Source of the DNA: Azolla caroliniana
Taxonomy: Eukaryota > Plantae > Polypodiophyta
Assembly (NCBI GenBank): GCA_043228905.1
Contig: JBHGNT010000009.1
Coordinates: 1,674,001 to 1,738,000 of the forward strand
Reading direction: 5' to 3'
Length of the DNA: 64,000 nucleotides
Shown here in pieces: positions 37,565 to 48,600 of the stretch. The notes beneath the pieces were generated by a model, which saw only the letters and a program-made list of their open reading frames with translations, made no database searches and was not told the origin of the DNA. Each line of letters opens with the position of its first letter. Within the stretch, counting starts at the first letter, position 1. A program made the translations under genes and the position numbers.

Positions 37565-39190
37565 TTATAAACTGTTGTTATTCCAAATAGAGGAGAGTTT
37601 CAGGTTTTCTTTACTTTCGTGTTTTATTTTGCGAGGCTTATCTAATTATCTGGATTACTGGTGGTCGAATTCGTGTGATTGATTTTGAAACATTAGTAAA
37701 GTTTGGGATCGATCGTATAACTCGTCTATATGTATATCGTTTATTTGTCTTCTGTCTATATATTGTGCTTACTTGTATCGATTCACTTGGTTAATGGAGC
37801 TTGTCCCAGATTGAAAACTTTGTTGCGGATAGCACACATTAGTGGAAGGTTCCAGAAGTTTAACTGATGCTAAAATATTTGGTTGATATAAACAAAGGGT
37901 CCTCGGGATGTTGCCGATGTTGTTTCGACAAATTAGTGAAGATTGTAGCCTAAAGGTTTCATCTCAAATTTGTGAGGTAATTGAGCTTTCTTGAGGTTTC
38001 GCTTGTTGGTAGCTAAGAGCTCTAGTATGATATTTAGGCCGACGAACTGCAATAAGATGAATGATGTATTGTTAGAATCAATTTCCATAGAGAGGGAGTG
38101 AGTTTTCGATGTTGGATATGTAGAGTTTATAAGGTTCACATATGTGCAAGTGACCAAGGTTTGTAGGTATCTTTTTGATAGTAGGCGGAACTCGAAACAA
38201 TCCTTGGAGTTGTTACTTGGTACACCTATCAACATATGTGGTAACAATCCATGGCTTGTTTGAGTAGTATAATGTTCAATGTGATGCATCTAAGAGTGTC
38301 ATTTTGGATGTTGAGACCAAACCTAACGGCCCGTTTATGAGCTTTCATGACCTCATTTAAGCTTTCTCATTCATGAACGACGACTATCTTAATGAGGAAG
38401 GTGTAGAGTAGTATTATGTAGTTGAGGGGCTTGAAATGGATCATCAAATTGTTCTCACCTATTTAGAATCAGAATTGCACATTGACCTTGTTAGAGTTTG
38501 CATGAGCATTATACTAGATCAGGAAGCAAAAAGTAAATGCGATAAATTATTTAGAAGATGTGGAGAACCCTCTAAGATGGATAAAAAACCATGGAACCAA
38601 GTCAAGTAAACTATGCACTATTAATAAATAAAAGGTGCAAGAATGTCTCACTCTAGATAAACTAGAGTGGTACACGAAGCATGAGTAAATCTAACTCTAA
38701 ACACTGAACCCAACAAAGTAAAATATTGCCAAAAACTGATTGCACACAACAAGTGGTTGATTCAATGATGCCTAAGGCAATCATGGAGGAAGCAAGGAGT
38801 TTTCAATTCCGCTCTCAGGGATTCTTTGCATAGCTATTGATTTTTCTATTCCTGTTTTGCCCCTCGTCTGACTTGCAAAATGTGAGTATGCATTCATATA
38901 TTAGGTGATTTGTTCACACTCTAAAACAAGAAACATAAACAACTGGTTTGTGGTCCATTCACACACATAAAAGCAGGTGGCTAGACATACGCACAAGCAT
39001 GATGCTATAATGTTCTATTTTCCAATGTCCTCGTTAAAGGCATACCATTAAAGCTTGTGGAGCCATTAGAGTTGGTTAATAACGTGTGCTGGTTCCCATA
39101 TATTCAAGTAGATGACGTCTAAAACTCCACCTCTTGATTTCACAGAGAATAATGAAGTTAACAATGCACGAATGGGCAACTCGATAGAGA

Positions 39191-39597
39191 GCATGATGAA
39201 ATAGTATTGAAGACAATGATGCCTCCATAATATTGTCAATTTAACACACGAAGTTGGTTAAGTGTTGATATTGTCCATTGGCCAACAATACCCATTGAGG
39301 ATAAGGATTGGAAGTGTAGTATGGCATGATGAAATAGTATTAAAGACAATGATGCCTCCATAATATTGTCAATTTAACACACGAAGTTGGTTAAGTGTTG
39401 ATATTGTCCATTGGCCAACAATACCCATTGAGGATAAGGATTGGAAGTGTAGTATGGCATGATGAAATAGTATTAAAGACAATGATGCCTCCATAATATT
39501 GTCAATTTAACACACGAAGTTGGTTAAGTGTTGATATTGTCCATTGGCCAACAATACCCATTGAGGATAAGGATTGGAAGTGTAGTATGGCATGATG
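39191..39597. repeat. Near-perfect tandem repeat, 3 x 133 bp, just upstream of the U5 copy 4 promoter
   Basis: gcatgatgaaatagtatt.aagacaatgatgcctcc... starts at 39191, 39324 and 39457. Confidence 0.95.
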
Positions 39598-39711
39598 ATG
39601 GATGAAAAAAGAGTTGAGTTGAATGATGAGTGAGTGAATACTTGTATATCCCATATACTATTGCAAGAGAGAGTGGGCTATAAAGATGAATACAAAGGTA
39701 GAATTTAGATC

Positions 39712-39844
39712 ATTGGGATGGCATGGGTCGAGCAGAAAGCGCACTATTCTTTCGCCTTTTACTAAAGAATACCGTGTGCTCCTCCTACCTCAAACGCCCT
39801 GACCCTAATTTTGGTGAAGGGAGACTCTCGTTTGAACTTCCCTT
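39712..39844 (+). ncRNA. U5: U5 snRNA, copy 4 (divergent variant)
   Basis: Loop I intact, but 5'-stem substitutions, Sm site AAUUUUGG and a different 3' hairpin. Variant USE ATCCCATATAC at 39648 and TATAAA at 39679. Confidence 0.88.
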
Positions 39845-40059
39845 GATAAGTTAATGTTAATAAGAAGAAAACCAGAATACTGTTGTTGTATATAACAAGC
39901 TTGTCATAGTTTTCAATTATATTGTTTGTTTGATATTAGTATGTTATTGAGATATTACTTATGCCTTTTGAGAATTTAGATTATTAGTATTGTATATAAC
40001 AAGGTGGTTATAGTGTTCCATCATGTTGTTTGTTTGGCAAAAATAAGTTTTAGTGGTAT

Positions 40060-40312
40060 TAGAATACATCCCAATTGGTCAATGATAGATATAACAACAT
40101 TTGTGTAGGATAATGCAATGGATGTAAAAGGTGTTTTAATATTTGGTTGTCATACAATAAGCATATAAAACAATGTTTGTTAATATTATGAACATGAGAA
40201 TTACATTGTAGAATACATCCCAATCTCAATGGTCATTGTCAAAGATAGACACAACAACATTCGTGTAGGATAATGCAATGGTTGTAACAAGTACTTTCAT
40301 ATTTGGTTGTTA
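40060..40312. repeat. Diverged tandem duplication, about 2 x 150 bp
   Basis: agaatacatcccaat..acaacatt.gtgtaggataatgcaatgg..atatttggttgt occurs twice. Confidence 0.75.
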
Positions 40313-41734
40313 TATATTTGTTTTTGTTTTGGAAATGTGAGTGGATGTTACTTTGTTGCTAGCATAGATGTAATGCTTAGATTCTTGATTTGTTCTTGGT
40401 GCAAGTTGGATGACCTGAAACATAAGTAGATAGATGTTCATAAACCAGGCGTGTGAGTATGTATACTCTTTTCGTCTTCAAATACCCGAGATGTATTTTC
40501 CTCAATTCTAGGGTACATATCGTTGTGATTTATTGCCCCAAAAATAGTTTACATTTGGGTTATGACATGCAATTACATGGATGGTTGGTTAATAATCTTG
40601 GCTACATATGGAGGGCCATGTTGTGCGATGCATGTCTACTTTGCCATCTTGGTATGTTATGGCAAGTACACGTCACACATATTATAGGAAGTATAGACAT
40701 GCATTTTCGATGGGGATAAAACTTGTCTTTGGAAGTAAGAACTCAAGTTCGAATATTGATAAAACCTTCATATATTGAAGATTAAAGATTTTTTCCCAAA
40801 AGAATGATGATGTGAAAACATCATGTATCGAACAGGTTTCGAATTCTCTACAACATACTTGTGAAAGTCATGTTGTCTTGAGATTGGGTCATGGACCTTT
40901 ATAATTTTTATAACATGCTCTCCGTTTTTATATGACGATCCAATCTATCTATTATGTTATTTGAAGAGGTTGTGTTGTGGTCTATGTAATAAATGCATCA
41001 ATTGGGAAGTATGACCAAATTATAGAAAGTTGAATTGCTTCTTGTGGAGATTATGCATTCTAGATGTTGTCGATGGTCTTCAATTATGATTTAGTCAATC
41101 CCAACGCCAAACTTCAAATGCTCCTCTAGTCTAATCTTAAACAATACCTTCTATAGGGAAACATGTGTCATCCTCATTATCTTGACCAAATTTCTAGGAT
41201 GCCCCACTTTTGGCAGTTGGGAATGGTTGGGATTTACTACCCACATCTATAATTTAATAATGTTGAGTACTCATTGGTTATCGAGAGGATGAAATGTCAT
41301 TTGTAAGCAGAGAAATTCTATAGACAAATGTGATTTCTAGTTTCAACTTAGGGGGATCATAATGCATTCAATTTTCTTTGTATTCGTATATGCATGAGGA
41401 TAAAGTTTTCCTTCAAAGATACATCGTTATAAATCATCTAGCTTCTAATAACACAGAAGAGAATTGAAGCTAAGAACAAGTGTATAGGAAATGTAGACCA
41501 AAGAAGACGATGCAATAGTGGAATCAATTGTGCATTCATGACACCGTCAATTAATGTCCACGAAGAAGATGTTATTTTAGTGTGTTGAGTATAGTTGGGT
41601 GTCCAAGAAAGGAAGGACAAGAGTAGAGCAGTTGTTACACACATTAGTGAATCAATCAGTGCATATGACAGTCCCACATACAAAGGACAACTGAGATTGG
41701 CCTATAAATACGAGTTTTCAATGGTAGGTCATCC

Positions 41735-41868
41735 ATTGGGATGGCGTGGGTTGAGCACAGAGCGAACTATTCTTTCGCCTTTTACTAAAGAATACCGTGT
41801 GCTCCTCCTACCTCAAACGCCCTAACCCTAATTTTTGGGAACGGAGGCTCTAATGTTGAGCTTCCCCT
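41735..41868 (+). ncRNA. U5: U5 snRNA, copy 5
   Basis: Same core and Sm site. USE GTCCCACATAC at 41671 and TATAAA at 41703. Confidence 0.95.
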
Positions 41869-42327
41869 TGTAACCATCTCTTAGACTTTAAACTGCAAAT
41901 AATAATAAACGGCTTTATGCCCATTGATTGATGCTGATTAATGATTCTACTTGTATATTTAGTAAGTGAATGAAACCTAAATTATATGGTGTATAATGTT
42001 ATAATAAGAAGATTCTTTTATAGTTTAACAATGGATGAAACAAGATCATCATCAGTTGGCTTGGGAACGAGTTGAAGTTTACTTTGTTGATCCAAGTTAT
42101 ATGTAGATGTGGTGCAATGTTTACCTTTTCGCTGATTTTCTTGATTTGTTTTGTTGACCCAAGTCGGATGGCATGCAAAATAATAAGATGTGCTTATAGG
42201 CAATAGATTGATGTTACAAAGTCAATTGTTTTTGCCAAGCATAGACTATGTGCAATTGTGTCATTTCACATTTACACATCTTTTTGATGGATGAAGGACC
42301 AATAATTTATGACATTGCAAACTGGAT

Positions 42328-42795
42328 GTCATGAACTGTGTGTTTGTGTGAGAAGTTGTTGTCATAGTCCCAACCTTTTATGCACATTTGAGAATGTAAT
42401 GATGATGAGGTAGATTGTATTGCAATATCTGGTTATTTTGTGAGCTACAACTGTTAACATATTGTGTCTGTGCTATGAAGTCGGTGACCGGAAGTCACCG
42501 ACTTCATAGTCCCAACCTTTTATGCGCATTTGAGAATGTAACGATGATGAGGTAGATTGTATTGCAATATCAGGTTATTTTGTGAGCTACAACAGTTAAC
42601 TTATTGTGTTTGTGCTATGAAGTCGGTGACCGGACGTCATGAACGGTGTGTTTGTGTGAAATTGTTTTCATAGTCCCAACCTTTTATGCACATTTGAGGA
42701 TGTAACGATGAGGAGGTAGATTGTATTGCAATATCTACTTATTTTGTGAGCTACAACTGTTAACATATTGTGTCGGTGCTATGATGTCGGTGATG
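42328..42795. repeat. Tandem repeat, 3 x about 140-165 bp, with a perfect 16-bp fold-back at the first junction
   Basis: tcatagtcccaaccttttatgc.catttgag..gtagattgtattgcaatatc..ttattttgtgagctacaac occurs three times; palindrome at 42473-42509. Confidence 0.9.
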
Positions 42796-43449
42796 ATGTT
42801 TGAGGGGGGGAACCAACGATACACCCATGCTTGGTATACATTCCTCAAATACAACAACATTGTGGAGAATCAATTCCCACGACCTTCGCCACTTATGATG
42901 GGTTAAGATGAGATCAATATTTTTTTGATAGCAAATTTTGTTTGAGCAATCACTAAAGAAACTATTGATCACCCCATTCACTTTTCATCATTCACGTCCC
43001 CCATTCTATTGGTTTCCTTTTGGTTGGGTTTACCCAATTATTTGGTGTCAGAATTAGTTGAAATATATTCTCTTGTTGCTTCATAAATCCATCCGCACCC
43101 AATCTTCCCAAAGATAATCTCTCTTTTCTATTTATCTCTCTTGGAATCCACTTTATTTTAACTTAGTGACAAATGGTAGCAAAAATGAAAATTGGGATTT
43201 TGAAGGACAATTAACCACATCAATTCACTAGATCACAAATTTCCCGACTTATTATGTAGATGTAAGAGGAGTTTGAATTAGTTTTATTCTTGCTTTACCA
43301 GGAAACCAAGGTTATGTCTAGGGTGAGATTGTTGGTAAGACCTTGGCTTTCAATATAAAATATTTTAGAATTGCTTTAGTTCTTTTTCTTTAAGCGATAT
43401 GTGTATTAATTGTGGGAAACCTCAATGTGAAGAAATAGACCAATAAATC

Positions 43450-44750
43450 AAAATGATATCTTCAACAATGTGTTTGGAAACCTAGGTCAAAGATTGCCTT
43501 TGAATTGATGGATATAAGTTCTTGTTAATGAAAATGCCCATAGCAAGTGAATCATTTATCCCAATCCTCCATGACATCTAAACAACAATGACTAATTTTC
43601 CTTTTCTCAAGGTGAGAATTGAGATCATATGGGAAGTATATCCAATAAACAATGTCACAAGAACACTTCTCGTTTCAAGGGGTACACCAGATTTCCAAAG
43701 TTTAAAAGTCTTTCCTTCCATTGTACCTCAAATCAAGTAACTTGCTAGAGAAGTGGCCTATAGATATTATGACCCAATAGGATTTTCATCTAGACACATA
43801 TGGTACCTCTCTTTAATTGCAAATCACGAAATCTATTAAATGCTACTAGTAGTAGCAACATATTTGTTGAACTAATGTGGTAGCAACATAATTTTCCTCA
43901 CCAACATGTGAGATTTCATATCATGTAAATTTAATCCATCAAAATTTCTAGGTCTATAAGAGCACAGAAATTGATCCAAAATTTCAAAAATGATTGTTTG
44001 CAATATATCCTTTAGTAAATCAATAAGAGAGAAATGATGTGAGGTTATCCATCAATATTAATTGGACCACACATAAGCCGGCATGCAATGGATAGATTGC
44101 TAATAGATATCTTCCAAACGTTCAACTTTTGTCTTACTCCAAAACTCATCTCACTCTTTTTTCACCTATCATATTCTAACCAACGGGATACCCAAGAGAC
44201 CTTATCAATCTCATTTAGGATATTTATATGGCCTAGCCATTCACATGCATGCCAATTACATAAACATAAGGTTTGGAGTTTTGACTTAGAGAAGTTCACA
44301 TGCAACCCAATAGCGAAACCATACAACTCAAGAGCATCCATTAGTGTTTGCATATCTTGGGGATCATTGTATACATAAAATATGCGTCATCTGCATATGC
44401 AAGAGCCACAAAGTCCCTTGGATTGGGTAGTTGAAGCCCAGGGTATTCACTAAATGTACATTATTATATGTATATAATAAGAAATGGATGAGTGGTGATG
44501 GTCTCAGAGTAATTTGTTACCAAGACAACCTTGTCTACACAAATTAAACAATATCCACGCATTAGCGATTTCTTCATCCAATATGCATGCGATAGAACTA
44601 TTTTTATACAAGTAATAAATAACTTCTGATACTTTAGCGCCAAAACCCATACAATGCATTGTAGATTGCACAAAACTCCACAGTATTGTATCAAATACTT
44701 TCTCAATATGCATTTACATCATCACAACATCTTCATTGGTTTGTTTTGTA
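43450..44750 (-). mobile_element. Degenerate LINE (non-LTR retrotransposon) reverse transcriptase fragment
   Basis: IEKVFDTILWSF, CRQGC, AYADD (gcatatgcagatgac on the minus strand near 44385-44400) and GLHVNFSKS, with frameshifts. Confidence 0.8.
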
Positions 44751-45212
44751 GTTTAGTTTAAGAAGTTTGGTCTAAATGCTTGGGTTATCTAAGGTAATAA
44801 ATATGCCTTTTAAAAAATAAGTATTTGTATTTCAAAGGATGCAAAAACGATTTATATTATGGGTTGGTTGAGATGCGTGTTGGGTCAACGTGAGGAGCAG
44901 TTAGTGCACATCTTAATCTTCGTTAGAGTTATTCCTCACCAAGGTTTTGTGTGAGACTAGAATGTTGTCAACCCTATGTTGAGACATAGGTAGGAAACAA
45001 TCGCCAATCATTCTTGAGGTATTAATGTTTGCAATCTCGCATAATATCCAACAGACCTTATTGAAATTCTTAAGAACACTTAAGTAGCACCAAAGTACAA
45101 AAAGAGAATAAATACCCCAATGTTAATTAATTTTACCAAGTTAAATACATTATACAAGTGATAAGTGTAAGATTAATAGTAAAGAACATAGAAAAGAGAT
45201 AAAGATGCCTAA

Positions 45213-45290
45213 ATGGATGTAGCTCAGTTGGTAAGGTTATCCATTGGAGACAAGAAAGGTCATGGCTTCAACGTTAATGTTCCACATGGC
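45213..45290 (+). other. tRNA-derived SINE head or tRNA pseudogene
   Basis: A-box-like ggatgTAGCTCAGTTGGTAagg followed about 40 nt later by a degenerate B-box ggcTTCAAcg. It does not fold into a cloverleaf. Confidence 0.4.
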
Positions 45291-45382
45291 ATTTACTAAA
45301 TTAAGAGGATAAACACTTACTAGAGTTAGCTAATTACAAGAGAGAGAGAGAGATTTCCTAACTCATTAGTTTTGCGTATGTT

Positions 45383-45680
45383 GGTATTTAATATTATTAT
45401 GCTTTCCTAACTCATTATAAACTAAGACGACCATAGCATTGTGGAAATTCTTGCTCAAAGATGTGATTTGTGGATAAAGGTATTAGGTATAGAGAGGAGT
45501 TGGATGCTCTTTCTTGACTAGGTGTTAGGGTATTTACTATTATTATGCTTTCCTAACTCATCATAAACTTAGACGGCCATATTATTGTGGAAATTCTTGC
45601 TCAAAGATGTGATTTGTGGACAAAGGTATGAGTTATAGAGAGGAGTTGGATGCTCTTTCTTGACTAGGTGTTATGGTATC
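45383..45680. repeat. Tandem duplication, about 2 x 147 bp
   Basis: attattatgctttcctaactcat..agacg.ccata..attgtggaaattcttgctcaaagatgtgatttgtgga..gctctttcttgactaggtgtta occurs twice. Confidence 0.88.
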
Positions 45681-48600
45681 TCACACTGCATTGTATAATC
45701 TTGAGGCCAATGGTAAGTGGAGTGTGGGCATAACCATATCATGGAGGCACTTGTGCCACAACTACTACCTCATGCTTTGTGGGCATCTCTCACCTTTGTT
45801 GGGGGTGGTCGGGTGATTTTTCTCTTTCTTTTGTTTGTTTAACATGACTTGAGATGAGATTCTTACATCTAGTATCAATGCAAGCTTAACATCTTCTTCT
45901 ATTTGCTTGCTTTTTCTTGTTTATTTCCTAACCTTCGAGTTACTAATGGAGGTCAAGTGTCTTGTTAACAACACGAGGGCCATAAGTACGAAACAGTCAA
46001 AAGCGACCATTTTGCAAAAGCATTAAATTTTTGGAGCCTCGTGATGCCAAAGGAAGCTCCTTGCCTAAATCTCACCGATTAAGATCATTTAAAGAGGAAA
46101 AGGAAATCTCCAAGACGTACATTCCCCTAGTTCTTAATCATATCTAACTACTTCTTCCTAATTTTTTTAGTAGGTTAAGAATGGTTAACATACATGCTAA
46201 ATGCCCCTTCCCCCATATCTCTTGTTAGCCGAATTCCCACTTTGTAAAATTGTAAGGAAGATTAAAGTTTCTTCTTCCATGAATATTTCACACACCTCTT
46301 CTAACCACTATCATGAAATTAATGCAGGTGTGAGTGAAAGCTAAGCAAAACCACCAAAGATCTGAACTAGAAAATATGGTATCCTTGACAAATGGTTGTG
46401 GGTGAATAATATCCCACTCGGTACGTCTTGGAGCACTTAAATTTCCCCCCTTTTTGAGAATGTAGGTTGCAACTTAATAGTAACTCTTTCAAAATATTAG
46501 TTCAAATTTCAAAATCACACAAACTTCATGTATTCTTCGCTTATGTACATCCGCATATGGGTATCGTGCCTATGTGTAAATGCATGTTCAATCATGCAAG
46601 TGTTAATAAGTATTTGTGTCTTACGATGGATTTATCCATATGCATAATTGTTTATTGTTAAGTTGTAGGCTTGTATATGCTAGCAAGTGTAAATATATGT
46701 CAATAAGTATAAGTAAATCTATGTGTATAAATGTGTGGACAAGTGCTTGTATTCTATGTGCCAAAGTTCATTCTCTATCTCTCCATGCAGATGGAAGGGG
46801 TGGCAAACAACTCTCCATAAGCTATCACATTACTCCAAATACTAGGGAAATCAAATATCTCAAAGAAAAAGAGCATTTACGAAGAACCAAACTTTGAAAT
46901 TCCGCATCTTAAATACCAAGGTAAGACATGAACCATTTGTTCACTATACCTTAAGGATAATTCTTCTAATAGTTTGTCCCTTCATATTTTGTTGGAGAAG
47001 AGAACTTCATAACAATCGACATGTTTCTTTCCATCTCTTAGTTCAAACATTGGCCAAATGCATCATTTCAATAATAAGAAGAGAGAGTTAATTACTTTTA
47101 CCTTATGAGTATGAAACATTGTCAAATTCCATATGTGATAGCAATGATGGGTCAATTTTAGAAGAAACATGCTCCTTATCGACTAATGACACAAATTGGC
47201 ACAAATTGGCAACATTAGGTGGCGTTGATGTAGATGCTCTCTTCTTTGTGGTTCACATGGATGTATTATACTTCAAGAAGTGATTGATAGGCAAATCCCT
47301 AATATTTGCTCATTAATCCTAATCTTTGTGCACAAATATCTCTTCTTCTCTCTCTCTCTCGTCTACAAACCATAAGGGGTCATAAACCATAACCCTAAGA
47401 CTTCTTGGAAGTAAGAATGTATATCCAATTGCATTCCTACCTCTTTCTCATACATGCATTGCCTTTGTTTAATAAGCCTATCTCTAGCAAGCTATAATGG
47501 GATTATAAATGGATCCATTCTTGTTGTGCACCTTTCAAATAATATAATTAACACACTAGGCAAATGCATTTCTCACATCATCGAGGTAATATATGCATGG
47601 CATGGCTATAATATCCCGACTTAGAATCTCTCTCTCTCAAGCTATAGTGTGTGCGTTTTTGTCTCTCCTAGGCTACATTGGCCTCTTCATTGACATTAAT
47701 ACCCTTCTTCTTCTTCTCCCCCTCACATAAGCTAGAATGTACATCTCAATTCACACATTAAAGTGTTGTTCTCATAGTATCATACCCTCCTGTGCAACAT
47801 TCAAATCCTTGCACAACTTCATGTTCAAACTCCTCATTTATTAAGCTTGCCATTCTATGTATTATAAGATCCTAGAGGATAGGAAGAAACTTCGTCCATG
47901 TGCCAAAAACGCGCTCATGCATGGAAAAGGGTTACATCCCCCGCCCCCGCTAGCTTTTTAAAGTTCACAATAACAACTTTCATTGATGGCATTGCACTTT
48001 GAATTTATGGTATTGCAACTTTGAATACACCTACATGAAATGTGTTGTATCTCACACTTGGATACATTCGCACATAATATATAACTCTATATCTTCTTAC
48101 ACATAGAACATTTAGTTGTATTATATGTTAGCATTTCTCTTAAATATGACCAACTCCATGTATTATTACATGTCAGACATACTCTTGTTATTCACTATTG
48201 TGGTAAATCTTTATACTATGTTGAAAATGACAATTTCAATGTTTAAAGTATTGAATCATACCTTTCTAGCAAATTACTAACCAAAAGCCATAATCTTATG
48301 CACCACATTAAGTCCATTGTTCAAAACTCAATTTCTTTAAAAATAATGTATGATGAAAATCAATATAATTTTGCATGCATTGTTTCCCTCTATAAAATAT
48401 ATCTAACAAACAATACTTTATGAGCAAGACGCCATAGTTTCATGTGAGAATTCATAGCCAAGACATATCGTATGGGTTTAGGGTTTCAAAGATCACTATC
48501 TATCTCACCTTTTGGGGGCTAGGTGTATAGTGGTATACATCCAAGTTAACTTAGCCCAACGAAGCGATTTGAAATGTTACACATACATGCATGTAAACCA

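Noticed and set aside
33475-41868. Regularly spaced repeats resembling a CRISPR-like array
   Set aside because: The repeats are 134-nt U5 genes with their own promoters and 2-kb spacers, in eukaryotic DNA with no cas genes.
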